DNA of 64,000 bases from Bacteroidales bacterium (GCA_024409235.1 JAKSUA010000003.1:9309-73308), one strand, 5' to 3'. Positions 36,547 through 46,219 are shown, numbered from the stretch's first letter. Notes: generated by a model from the letters alone, not told the origin. Made by a program: numbers and translations.

Positions 36547-37045
36547 ATTTTTTAAAAAAATGTAATAGAGAAAACGCATGCTCAATAGATTTTTACAAAT
36601 TTAACAGTTTTGTCCAGCTTTTGGGGTTCACATCATTTTTAGGGAAGTGTACATGGGTAGAAGTAGCTTTAAATACATAAGTGAGATTTGTATTTACAAT
36701 AAATATTGATAGCTTTAACCCGTTGTGCGTGGATATAATAAAAACCAAAATAATTAATATTGTGAATTACTTTTACTTCAAAGTACGAGAAAATTCTTGA
36801 AATAATCAAGCAGAAAAAGAAAATCTTCTAAATCAAAAAAGGAAGCCATAGATGAGAGACTCTTTTTTGTTTAGTAAATAGTTGGTTATTCTTTGTTTTT
36901 TGACTGTTAACAGAATATTGGTAAAAAGTTGGTGTTTTTATTAGTAAAAAGATTGTATATAGTTGATATACAATAAAATAATTTTAATTTTAAATTAATT
37001 CATAATTAATTTGTATATTTGCCCACATTTAAAATTTGTAAGGTT

Positions 37046-37411
37046 ATGGCAAAAATCGAAAATGGTGCTTTTTCAACAAACTTGATTACTTCGGGAACAG
37101 TTATTACAGGTGATATTACATGTGATAGCGATATGAGAATCGATGGCGTTTTAGCAGGAAATTTGACGGCAAAGGGAAAGATTGTTATTGGGAAAACAGG
37201 CAATGTAAAAGGTGAAATTAACTGCCAAAACTGTGATATAGAAGGTAAAGTGGAAGGAAAACTTTCCATCAAAGATTTATTGTCATTGCGAGCTACTGCA
37301 AAATTTATTGGTGATATAGTTGCAACGAAATTGGCTATTGAACCAGGAGCAATTTTTACAGGTACTTGTAAAATGAACGGCGAAAAAGACGCGTCTGTTG
37401 AAAAAAAATAA
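37046..37411 (+). CDS. Bactofilin (polymer-forming cytoskeletal protein)
   Basis: Repetitive beta-helix pattern ITGDITCDSDMRIDGVLAGNLTAKGKIVIGKTGNVKGEINCQNCDIEGKVEGKL. ATG at 37046; the track uses an upstream TTG. Confidence 0.85.
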   Translation: MAKIENGAFSTNLITSGTVITGDITCDSDMRIDGVLAGNLTAKGKIVIGKTGNVKGEINCQNCDIEGKVEGKLSIKDLLSLRATAKFIGDIVATKLAIEPGAIFTGTCKMNGEKDASVEKK

Positions 37412-37607
37412 CATCAACGGTTTTATAAAGTATTCAAACATCGCCATTCAAATGCTTGCAGTAATACTTTTAGGAGTATTCGGCGGGTTGAAGTTGGATG
37501 AATTTTTTGAAAACGAGGCTCCGGTTTGTCTCATTGTTTTATCGTTGTTTTCGGTATTTGCCGCCATTTATTTGGCAATTAAAGATTTCATAAATATGGA
37601 CAAATGA
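37398..37607 (+). CDS. AtpZ/AtpI family small membrane protein
   Basis: 69 aa with two TM helices and KYSNIAIQMLAVILLGVFGGLKLD, typical of Bacteroidota AtpZ. The start is a TTG overlapping the bactofilin end. Confidence 0.7.
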   Translation: MKKNNINGFIKYSNIAIQMLAVILLGVFGGLKLDEFFENEAPVCLIVLSLFSVFAAIYLAIKDFINMDK

Positions 37608-37999
37608 AACTCTTTATTTCCCGACTTAGCATACACATCTGTGCATTTTTGATAATAACCATTGTATTTATGTTGCTGACAAAGAATCTGTTCGGAGCAA
37701 GTGACAGATTTTGGTCAGTTTTTTCGGGTTTAATATATTTCATAATTCCAATTTGCGCGGTAATTAATATTTGTGGAGAAATTGCGTTTGTAGTATTCGT
37801 AAATAAGAACAATAAAGAAAGTACATTCAAAGTCTTAACAATTCGTTCTGTAAAATTTCTATGCTACCTTATCCTCGTGCTTGTTTCTATGCTAGTTTTT
37901 AAGGATTTTGAAGAGAAGTCTTTTATTGGAGTCAGTATTGTCATACTGTATTTTATTTATGCCATTATTGAATTCTTTTATTTTAGAAATAAAAATTAA
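37604..37999 (+). CDS. 4-TM membrane protein of unknown function (position of the DUF6168-like gene that usually follows AtpZ)
   Basis: ATGA start/stop overlap with the AtpZ gene and four hydrophobic helices. Confidence 0.55.
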   Translation: MKLFISRLSIHICAFLIITIVFMLLTKNLFGASDRFWSVFSGLIYFIIPICAVINICGEIAFVVFVNKNNKESTFKVLTIRSVKFLCYLILVLVSMLVFKDFEEKSFIGVSIVILYFIYAIIEFFYFRNKN

Positions 38000-38008
38000 C
38001 AAAACGAT

Positions 38009-39910
38009 ATGCGTGTTTTTATTTCAAATATCTCCCTTTTGTCTAAAAGATTGATTTTCTTGATGTTATTATACATGATATGTCGTGTATATTTTTTTCT
38101 TTGTAACATTGAGAGTTTTTCTCCCATTGATGTGGAAAACATAGCATTGTCATTTCTTATCGGTCTTCGTTATGATTTTTCCGCAATTTTTTTTGTGAAT
38201 AGTGCTTTCTATATTTTTCATTTTCTTCCATTCAAATTTGTGGAGAATAAGGTATATCAGTCTATTACAACACAGATAGCGATACTTGTAAATGTGTTTG
38301 CAATGTCGTTGAATATTGTTGACACAGGATATTTTAGCTTTCAAAATGGACGAAGTGGTGCTGATTTAATTGAAACAATCCTTTTTTCGGAGGATACAGC
38401 GAATCTTTTACCGCAGTATATTCGAGATTATTGGTATCATTTTCTCACATTAATTGTCATTTTTGTGTTTTCGGAGAGATATTTTCCTCGGTATAAGTCA
38501 ATGGAATGCAAGCCGTTTCGCTTTTCTTTTATAATTTGTTCTTTGATAGCAATAGTGTATTCAGCGGTAAGTTTTTTTATATATCGGGGATTTGGTGTAA
38601 AACCATTAAATGTGGTTGACGCGATGCGTTTTACCGAGGCAAAGTATGTTCCGATAACTTTAAACACTCCTTTTACAGTTATAAGAACAACTGGAAAAAT
38701 AGGAATACCGATACGTACATATTTTTCAGAAGAAGAGGCTAAAGAAGTCTATTCTGCGTACAAAAAATATGGTTTCAAAGACAAAGATTTTACAAATAAA
38801 AATGTTGTGATTTTTATTTTAGAGGGTTTTTCTCAAAGAAGTGTTGGTGCTCTACATACAACCGAAAAAGGATATACGCCTTTTTTAGATAGCATTATAA
38901 ATCATGGTGTTGCGTTTGTTAATGCGTATGCAAATGGAACAAAATCAATTCAGGCTGTACCTGCAATTCTTTCGTCTATACCTCAGTTGACGGATGCAAC
39001 TATCATTGGTTCAAAATATGCAGCAAATAAAGTTGACGCTTTACCGATTCTGTTAAGAGATGAAGGATACAAGACGGCTTTTTTCCATGGTGCTTTTAAT
39101 GGTTCCATGGGATTTGATAAATATTGCGAAGCTATTGGTTTTGATAATTATTACGGCATGAATGAATTTTTAGAAGTGAATTCCATGGATGGTAATTATG
39201 ATAGTGACTGGGGAATTTTTGATGATAAATTTCTTGAATATGCAAAAGAGCAGCTCGATGACTTTCGTCAACCATTTTTCTCAACAATTTTCACTATATC
39301 ATCCCACCATCCTTATGTTGTTCCAGAGGAATACAGTGGTATGTTCAATGAGAAAAAGGTTGAGTTAAATGCTCTTCGTTATGCAGATTTTTCATTGCAG
39401 AAATTCTTTGAATCAGCAAGTAGGAGCAGTTGGTATAAAAATACATTGTTTGTTTTTGTTGCAGACCATACTGTTCCATATTCTTTTGATACAGATGTAA
39501 CTACAGAATTTATTTCGCCTGTTGACCGCCATAGAATTCCAATAGTATTCTATAATCCTTCGGATTCAAATTTCTGTATGAGAAACCCTCACGTTGTTCA
39601 GCAAATAGACATTCTACCAAGTATTTTGTTTCAATTGCGTTACTATAAACCGTTTGTGGCTTTTGGGAAGAATGTGTTTGATGAAAAGTTGAAGGATTTT
39701 GCTACATATTACAATGCTGGAACTTATACGTTTATAGATTCTCTTTCAGTGATTGATTTTGATGGCGACAACATTTCAAGATGTTTTAAAATAGAGGAAG
39801 ATTCAGTGATTGATACGGTGGCAACTGATTCTCAGTTACAATATATAAAAGCGTTCTTACAGGATTATTCGCATAGAATGGTGCTTAATAAAACGAGTTG
39901 TAAAGAATAA
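38009..39910 (+). CDS. LTA synthase / sulfatase-like (alkaline phosphatase superfamily) membrane enzyme
   Basis: Five N-terminal TM helices and an extracytoplasmic sulfatase-type domain (NVVIFILEGFS..., SHHPY, VFVADH). Confidence 0.8.
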   Translation: MRVFISNISLLSKRLIFLMLLYMICRVYFFLCNIESFSPIDVENIALSFLIGLRYDFSAIFFVNSAFYIFHFLPFKFVENKVYQSITTQIAILVNVFAMSLNIVDTGYFSFQNGRSGADLIETILFSEDTANLLPQYIRDYWYHFLTLIVIFVFSERYFPRYKSMECKPFRFSFIICSLIAIVYSAVSFFIYRGFGVKPLNVVDAMRFTEAKYVPITLNTPFTVIRTTGKIGIPIRTYFSEEEAKEVYSAYKKYGFKDKDFTNKNVVIFILEGFSQRSVGALHTTEKGYTPFLDSIINHGVAFVNAYANGTKSIQAVPAILSSIPQLTDATIIGSKYAANKVDALPILLRDEGYKTAFFHGAFNGSMGFDKYCEAIGFDNYYGMNEFLEVNSMDGNYDSDWGIFDDKFLEYAKEQLDDFRQPFFSTIFTISSHHPYVVPEEYSGMFNEKKVELNALRYADFSLQKFFESASRSSWYKNTLFVFVADHTVPYSFDTDVTTEFISPVDRHRIPIVFYNPSDSNFCMRNPHVVQQIDILPSILFQLRYYKPFVAFGKNVFDEKLKDFATYYNAGTYTFIDSLSVIDFDGDNISRCFKIEEDSVIDTVATDSQLQYIKAFLQDYSHRMVLNKTSCKE

Positions 39911-39913
39911 TCA

Positions 39914-39942
39914 TTGATTATTTTCCGAAAAATGTAACTTTG
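39914..39942 (+). promoter_or_regulatory. Candidate promoter of mltG
   Basis: TTG (39914-39916), an 18-nt spacer, then TAACTTTG (39935-39942), a perfect TAnnTTTG. Confidence 0.4.
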
Positions 39943-40019
39943 TTTAGTTAATATGAAACGATGAATTCTATAATGGAAAGAAGCTTACATGAAGTCATCG
40001 TTGCTTTATAAAATGAAAA

Positions 40020-41066
40020 ATGACAAAAAAGAAGAATTCTTCAATACGTACAGTTGTTCTTAGTTCATTCGCACTAATTATTGTGCTTGGTTTATTTTTG
40101 GGTGTAAATATTTTTGGTCAGAGTATCTCGTCTCAGAAGAATGTAGATTTTGCTATAGAAACTGGTTCAACAAGTCAGGATGTTATAGGAAAATTAGAAA
40201 AAGATTTACAGGTAAATCATGTTCTGGGATTAAAGATTGTATCTAAAGTCCTTGATTTTGAAAATCATATTCATCCAGGATTGTATGAGTTGTCGGACGG
40301 AATGTCGAGTTTCGATGTAATTAGATTATTTCGCTCGGGAAAGCGGAAAACAGTGAAATTCACTATAAAATTTGCCCGTCATTATGAGGAAATACTAAAT
40401 ATGGCTTCTCAAAAACTTGAGGCTAAATATGATGATTTGCTTGCATTGACAAATAACCGTGAATTTATGGATTCTATAGGTTTCAAAAAGGAAACGCTTA
40501 TATGTATGTTCCTGCCGGACACATATGAATTTTATTGGAATACATCTGCCCGCCAATTTATGGATAGAATGTCAAAGGAATATAAAAAATTCTGGGATGA
40601 AGGGCGCCAGAAGAAAGCGAAAAACATTGGTTTGACACCGCAAAAGGTAATGACATTAGCGTCTATTGTTGATCAGGAAACCCGCCATAACGATGAAAAG
40701 CCTAAAATAGCAGGAGTTTATATGAACCGCCTGAAAGGAAAGGCGACGGCAGGTAAACTTCAGGCTGATCCAACAATAAAGTTTGCGTTAAATGATTTCG
40801 AGATAAAGCGCGTACGCAAAGGTCATATTGAAAAGGCAAAAGTTTCGCCGTACAGTACTTATGAAAATGCAGGATTGCCTCCTGGTCCAATATGTACGCC
40901 TTCGAAAGCTGGTATTGATGCGGTATTAAAATACACTAATCATAATTATTATTACTTTTGTGCCCAGCCGAATTATTCTGGATACAGTGATTTCTCGGAA
41001 ACATTCAGTCAGCATTTGCAAAAGGCCCAGGTTTACCAGAAATGGTTGACGAAAGAGGGTTTTTAG
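40020..41066 (+). CDS. mltG: Endolytic murein transglycosylase MltG (YceG-like)
   Basis: N-terminal TM anchor, LASIVDQET (catalytic Glu region), AGVYMNRL, LQADPT, and YSTYENAGLPPGPICTPS. Confidence 0.9.
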   Translation: MTKKKNSSIRTVVLSSFALIIVLGLFLGVNIFGQSISSQKNVDFAIETGSTSQDVIGKLEKDLQVNHVLGLKIVSKVLDFENHIHPGLYELSDGMSSFDVIRLFRSGKRKTVKFTIKFARHYEEILNMASQKLEAKYDDLLALTNNREFMDSIGFKKETLICMFLPDTYEFYWNTSARQFMDRMSKEYKKFWDEGRQKKAKNIGLTPQKVMTLASIVDQETRHNDEKPKIAGVYMNRLKGKATAGKLQADPTIKFALNDFEIKRVRKGHIEKAKVSPYSTYENAGLPPGPICTPSKAGIDAVLKYTNHNYYYFCAQPNYSGYSDFSETFSQHLQKAQVYQKWLTKEGF

Positions 41067-41128
41067 TCAAACAAAATTTTTATAGTAGCTATTAAAATTA
41101 ATTTTACACTTTTGTAAAAAATAAAGAA

Positions 41129-41950
41129 ATGTCAACAGCAAATTCAGTATCAAAGAAAGTTATTACAACACGGGTTTTGAGTGAAATGAAGGCTCGTGGT
41201 GAGAAGATAGCCATGTTAACAGCGTATGATTATTCCACAGCAAGAATCCTTGATGCGGCAGGAATGGACGTGATTCTTGTAGGTGATTCTGCTTCGAATG
41301 TAATGGCGGGAAACGTGACAACGCTGCCTATAACTTTGGACCAGATGATTTATCATGCCTCATCGGTGCAAAAAGCTGTTAGCCGCAGTCTTGTTGTAGT
41401 AGATATGCCATTCGGAACGTATCAGGGTGATTCTCAGGAAGCTTTGCATTCTGCAGTTAGAATTATGAAGGAAACGGGTTGTGGGGCAGTGAAACTTGAG
41501 GGTGGTGAAGAAATTGCTGGTTCAATCAGAAGGATCATTTCTGCAGGTATTCCTGTAATGGGACATCTTGGATTGACTCCACAGTCTATCAATAAGTTTG
41601 GAACTTACGAAGTTCGAGCTAAAGAAGAAGCTGAGGCAAAAAAATTAATGTCCGATGCGAAGAAATTAGAAGAAGCCGGTTGTTTTGCCATTGTAATAGA
41701 AAAGGTTCCGGCAAAGTTAGCGGGACAAATCGCAAAGGAAGTTAGTATTCCTATTATTGGTATTGGTGCTGGAGGAGAAGTTGATGGACAAGTTCTTGTT
41801 TTCCATGACGTTATGGGAATTAATAATGAATTTTCTCCTCGTTTTCTTCGTCGTTATGCAGATTTGTTTACTATAGTAACAGATGCTGCCAAGCAATATA
41901 TCTGTGATGTTAAATCAAGTGATTTTCCTAATCAAAACGAGCAGTATTAA
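41129..41950 (+). CDS. panB: 3-methyl-2-oxobutanoate hydroxymethyltransferase
   Basis: [28 protein letters not shown], and [10 protein letters not shown]. Confidence 0.95.
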   Translation: MSTANSVSKKVITTRVLSEMKARGEKIAMLTAYDYSTARILDAAGMDVILVGDSASNVMAGNVTTLPITLDQMIYHASSVQKAVSRSLVVVDMPFGTYQGDSQEALHSAVRIMKETGCGAVKLEGGEEIAGSIRRIISAGIPVMGHLGLTPQSINKFGTYEVRAKEEAEAKKLMSDAKKLEEAGCFAIVIEKVPAKLAGQIAKEVSIPIIGIGAGGEVDGQVLVFHDVMGINNEFSPRFLRRYADLFTIVTDAAKQYICDVKSSDFPNQNEQY

Positions 41951-42630
41951 TGGATTTTGATGTTTTATATGAAGACAATCATATACTGATTGCCAACAAA
42001 CCAAACAATATGCTTGTTCAGGCTGATACAACAGGCGATTTAGCATTGGAAGATTATGCAAAGCAGTATATAAAAATCAAATATAATAAGCCTGGAGCAG
42101 TTTTTTTGAATGCTGTTCACCGAATCGACCGACCTGTGAGCGGAGTTGTTGTTTTTGCAAAAACAAGCAAAGCTTTAACGCGTTTAAACGAGCAGTTCCG
42201 TTCAAAAGAAATAAAGAAAACATATTGGGCAATAGTTAAAAATCGTCCTAAACTGGAAGCTGCAACGTTAACTGATTTTATTAGACGTGATGCAAAGAAA
42301 AACAAATCGTTTGTTTGTCAAAAAGGAACGAAGGATGCGAAGGAAGCAAAATTAAGTTTTAAGATACTTGCATCTTCTGATAACTATCATTTGCTTGAGG
42401 TTGATTTACACACAGGACGCCATCACCAAATACGTTGTCAGCTTTCGAATATGGGCTGTCCGATAAAAGGAGATTTAAAATATGGTGCGGAGCGTAGTAA
42501 CAAGGATGGCGGAATTTCTCTCCATGCCCGTTCTGTGGAGTTTACGCATCCTGTAACAAAAGAAACTATAAAGATTAGCGCTCCTGTTCCAAAAGATTCT
42601 TTGTGGCAGGCTTTTGAAGCTATGATTTAA
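41950..42630 (+). CDS. RluA family pseudouridine synthase (no S4 domain)
   Basis: HRIDRPVSGVVVFAKT (catalytic Asp motif) and TGRHHQIRCQL. Confidence 0.88.
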   Translation: MDFDVLYEDNHILIANKPNNMLVQADTTGDLALEDYAKQYIKIKYNKPGAVFLNAVHRIDRPVSGVVVFAKTSKALTRLNEQFRSKEIKKTYWAIVKNRPKLEAATLTDFIRRDAKKNKSFVCQKGTKDAKEAKLSFKILASSDNYHLLEVDLHTGRHHQIRCQLSNMGCPIKGDLKYGAERSNKDGGISLHARSVEFTHPVTKETIKISAPVPKDSLWQAFEAMI

Positions 42631-43664
42631 TCTTTAAAAACAATTTTCGCTTCTTTTGAGTCAATATTTAGGGAGATGTTCCTTCCTAAATAAGTGGCAT
42701 GATTTTTTGTTTCATGGCCGATATTAACTCCGTAAAGAATTGGAATATTCAGGTCGCCAAAGTAATTATGTATAATTTCATTAATTGGACGGTCGTTGCC
42801 TTGTGAGGTATTTGTGAATTCTCCAACAACAACACCTTTTATTCCGTCTAATTTTCCACTTAATTTCAAGTTTGCCAGCATTCTGTCGATTGCGTAGTTT
42901 GCTTCGCCTGTATCTTCAATTAATAAGATGGAATTTTTAACATTTAGATCGAAAAGAGTTCCTCCTAAGCTATAGATTAAAGACAAATTTCCGCCAACTA
43001 AACGGCCTTCGGCAGTTCCTTCTATGCAATTTTTATTTGTGGCAACAGTGATTGTGCTTAATTCCCCGAAAAGTGCTTTACGGAGACTTTCAACACTTTC
43101 TGCATCAGAAAAGTCTTTTGCCATTGGTCCATGAATTGTTTCAATTCCTCTGTTGTTCAAGGCAATATGCAGACCTGTAACATCGCTGTAGCCAATAATC
43201 CATTTCGGATTTTTTTCCAATGCAGAGAAATCAATAAAAGAAAGAACTTGAGCGATTCCGTAGCCTCCACGTGCCGAAATAAGAGCTTTTATATTAGGAT
43301 TGTCAAGTAATTTTTGAAAGCCTTCAATGCGTTCGCTTTGAGTTCCTGCGTAGCGACCGTCTTGTTTGTACAGGTTGTCTGCTTCAACAACCACTAGTCC
43401 CCAACTTTTTAATGTATTTATTCCGTTGGCTAATTCGCTTTGTGTTACAGAATTCGAAAGTGCAAAAACGCCAATAGTATCACCTTTTTTTAGATATGAT
43501 GGACGAATGTCGTCGGTTATTTCCTGTTGTTCCAATAAAACTGTTTGATAATAATAGCTTGTGTAAACACTATCAACGTTTGTTACGTAAGTATAATAGT
43601 TGTACTGTTTTGTACAACTTGATAGTAGAACAAGCCCTACAATTATTGCATATATTTTTTTCAT
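42627..43664 (-). CDS. LD-carboxypeptidase (peptidase S66) lipoprotein
   Basis: Lipobox LLSSC, GYSDVTGLH (nucleophile Ser) and NIGHE (His). The family is of the MccF/LdcA type. Confidence 0.85.
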   Translation of the reverse strand: MKKIYAIIVGLVLLSSCTKQYNYYTYVTNVDSVYTSYYYQTVLLEQQEITDDIRPSYLKKGDTIGVFALSNSVTQSELANGINTLKSWGLVVVEADNLYKQDGRYAGTQSERIEGFQKLLDNPNIKALISARGGYGIAQVLSFIDFSALEKNPKWIIGYSDVTGLHIALNNRGIETIHGPMAKDFSDAESVESLRKALFGELSTITVATNKNCIEGTAEGRLVGGNLSLIYSLGGTLFDLNVKNSILLIEDTGEANYAIDRMLANLKLSGKLDGIKGVVVGEFTNTSQGNDRPINEIIHNYFGDLNIPILYGVNIGHETKNHATYLGRNISLNIDSKEAKIVFKD

Positions 43665-43675
43665 ATCAACAGATT

Positions 43676-44893
43676 TTATTCAAACATCAAGGCTATTTTA
43701 GAAAGAATCTTTGCAAAATAGTCTATTTCTTCTTTAGTATTGTATAGTGCGAATGACATTCGTGCGGTTCCTGGTATGCCATAGTATGTCATAATAGGTT
43801 CGGTACAATGTGTACCTGTACGAATAGCAATTCCCTGTTTGTCTAGAATCATACCGACATCGGCACAATGCGCTCCTTTTACTAAGAAGGAAATTGCGCC
43901 GGCTTTTTCTTCAGCATTTCCGATTATTGTTACTTGTGGAATTTCCCGTAATTTTTGGGTTGCATAAGCCATTAATTCCGCTTCGTGTTTCTGAATATTT
44001 TCTATGCCGATGTTCATCAGATAGCGAAGCGCCGTTCCTAATGCATGTGCGCCGACGTAATTTGTTGTTCCTGCTTCGAACTTAAAAGGCAATTCGTTGT
44101 AAATTGTTTTTTCAAGAGACACAGTTTTTATCATATCTCCTCCGCCTTGGTATGGAGGTAGTTTTTCCAACCATTCTTCTTTTCCCCAAAGCACGCCAGT
44201 TCCTGTAGGAGCATAGATTTTATGTCCTGAGAAAGCAAAAAAGTCACATCCTAGTGCCTGCACATCGATAGGGCAATGTTGAATTGATTGAGCACCGTCA
44301 ATCATAATCGGAACATTGTGTTCGTGGGCAATGTCTATTAGTAATTTTATAGGATTTACTGTTCCAAGAGTATTTGATACATGTACAACCGAAACAAACT
44401 TTGTTTTCGTTGTAAAAAGTTTTTTATATGCTTCAATATCTAAAACCCCGTCATGGTTGAATGGAATGAATTTTAGAGTAGCTTTTTTTCGTTCGCAAAC
44501 CATTTGCCAAGGAACTAAGTTGGAGTGATGTTCCATAGCAGAAACAATAATTTCGTCACCCTCTTTTAAAAAAGCTTCCGAAAAGGTCTGTGCAACAAGG
44601 TTTAAAGATTCGGTAACACCTTTTGTGAAAATAATTTCCTTGTCGCTTGGAGCATGGATAAAAGTCTGTACGGTACGTCGAGCTTGCTCGTAAAGATTTG
44701 TGGAAGTTTGACTCAACGTGTGGATTCCCCGGTGGATATTGCTGTTGGTTTTTGTATAAGCATCAACAATAGTATCAATAACAACCTGAGGTTTTTGGGT
44801 TGTTGCCCCATTGTCAAAATAGATTAAGTCGTGATTGTTAACCTTTTGACTAAGGATAGGGAAATCGTTTCGTATGGACTGAACGTCAAACAT
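43676..44893 (-). CDS. sufS: Cysteine desulfurase, SufS type
   Basis: YFDNGATTQKP, SGHKIYAPTGTGVLWG (PLP Lys), and RTGTHCTEP (catalytic Cys). Confidence 0.9.
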   Translation of the reverse strand: MFDVQSIRNDFPILSQKVNNHDLIYFDNGATTQKPQVVIDTIVDAYTKTNSNIHRGIHTLSQTSTNLYEQARRTVQTFIHAPSDKEIIFTKGVTESLNLVAQTFSEAFLKEGDEIIVSAMEHHSNLVPWQMVCERKKATLKFIPFNHDGVLDIEAYKKLFTTKTKFVSVVHVSNTLGTVNPIKLLIDIAHEHNVPIMIDGAQSIQHCPIDVQALGCDFFAFSGHKIYAPTGTGVLWGKEEWLEKLPPYQGGGDMIKTVSLEKTIYNELPFKFEAGTTNYVGAHALGTALRYLMNIGIENIQKHEAELMAYATQKLREIPQVTIIGNAEEKAGAISFLVKGAHCADVGMILDKQGIAIRTGTHCTEPIMTYYGIPGTARMSFALYNTKEEIDYFAKILSKIALMFE

Positions 44894-44917
44894 TGTTAGT
44901 TTTTTGCAAATATATAT

Positions 44918-44950
44918 AAAAAAAGAACCCCCGCCGATTGGCGAGGGTTC
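44918..44950 (-). terminator. Strong Rho-independent terminator after the T9SS cargo gene
   Basis: On the minus strand, GAACCCTCGCC-AATC-GGCGGGGGTTC is a GC-rich 10-11 bp stem followed by TTTTTTT. Confidence 0.75.
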
Positions 44951-44976
44951 ATATAATTGAATTTATGTTATTTCAA

Positions 44977-46143
44977 TTATTTTACGATTTTAGCTGTACC
45001 TTCAGCAGTTGCTACGAAGTAAACACCAGCATTCAAAGAATTGATTGAGAATTCTTGAGAAGCTGTTGCAACAACTTGACCAGCTACGTTGTAAACTACG
45101 ATTTCACCAGCTGAGTAAACAACACCGTTTTCGATAGCTACGTTAGAAACTTCTTCTACAGCATCAAGAACTGGACCACCATATAAAGCAGCGTCAGTTA
45201 CAGAAACTTCGATAGAAGCGTTTGAGAAATCAACAGACATACCTTTTGATTCAGCATTTGCTAACAATACATCTTTGAAAACAGGTGAAGAAGATGGAGT
45301 TTCGCCAGTAATTTCGAATGAGAATTGAACAGAAACTTTGTCACCTTTTTTGATGTTAGCTTTGAAAGAAACCATTTCGTCAGTCATTTGTTTCCACCAA
45401 CCAGCTTGTTCAGAGTTGTCCACTAAAGCATACATAAGAGTTGTAATGTCGTTTTGAGCAACACCTTCGAATTTTACGTTTGCAAATTGACCTGCTTTAG
45501 CAGCTGTTACTTTGCTGTTAAGAATTCCTTGGAATTGGAAAGCATCACCATCTTGTTTGCTGTAAGACAATGTGATAGGATCTACTATATTAGCAGCTTC
45601 AGCATAAAGAATTTCAAGGCTTGCACCTTCAATAACGAAATCTTCTGTCGCATCGAAACCTTCGTCTTCAGAAGTTCCAGGGTATTCGTATGCAAGAATT
45701 AAGCCAGGAAGTGTTAATGGAGTTTCTTCATCGAATGCAACTTTGTCAACTGTGAAAACTGTTTCCAATGTGAAAGCTTCACCAGCAACAACTTCAACTT
45801 CACCGTATGTTGCACAAAGTGGAGTCCAGTAGCTAACTTCTTCACGTTCGTCAGCCATGAACATTTGCATTTTACCTGTCATGTTTGCAGTACCTTTCAA
45901 TGTTACCATGAATTTTTCACCAAGTGCAGGAGTCCATAAAGTGTTACCTGAAGCTTCTTCAACTGCATCTGGGAATGCTGCAGCGTTACCAGCTTGCCAT
46001 TGGATAGAAGTTCCTGATTCGTCTGCTTTACCAAACGAATTGTACTTAACTGTGATTGTTCCGTCTTCAAGGGACCATTCGTTTCCTGCAAAAGCAGCAA
46101 CACCCATGAAAGCAGATGCTAATAGTAAAAATACTTTTTTCAT
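44977..46143 (-). CDS. Secreted protein of unknown function with T9SS type A C-terminal sorting domain
   Basis: Signal peptide MKKVFLLLASAFMGVAAFA. The C-terminus VYNVAGQVVATASQEFSINSLNAGVYFVATAEGTAKIVK is typical of a T9SS CTD. Confidence 0.75.
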   Translation of the reverse strand: MKKVFLLLASAFMGVAAFAGNEWSLEDGTITVKYNSFGKADESGTSIQWQAGNAAAFPDAVEEASGNTLWTPALGEKFMVTLKGTANMTGKMQMFMADEREEVSYWTPLCATYGEVEVVAGEAFTLETVFTVDKVAFDEETPLTLPGLILAYEYPGTSEDEGFDATEDFVIEGASLEILYAEAANIVDPITLSYSKQDGDAFQFQGILNSKVTAAKAGQFANVKFEGVAQNDITTLMYALVDNSEQAGWWKQMTDEMVSFKANIKKGDKVSVQFSFEITGETPSSSPVFKDVLLANAESKGMSVDFSNASIEVSVTDAALYGGPVLDAVEEVSNVAIENGVVYSAGEIVVYNVAGQVVATASQEFSINSLNAGVYFVATAEGTAKIVK

Positions 46144-46187
46144 AATTTTTTGTTTTTAATTAAACTTTAAATAAATTTTTATCTATG

Positions 46188-46219
46188 CAAAGATAGGGTG
46201 GTTTTTTATAGAAAGCAAA
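46188..46219 (-). promoter_or_regulatory. Consensus Bacteroidota promoter of the T9SS cargo gene
   Basis: On the minus strand, TTTG (46219-46216), a 20-nt spacer, then TATCTTTG (46195-46188). Confidence 0.5.

Noticed and set aside
37006-37272. 88-aa minus-strand ORF
   Set aside because: It is antisense to the bactofilin gene, whose repeat pattern is unmistakable.
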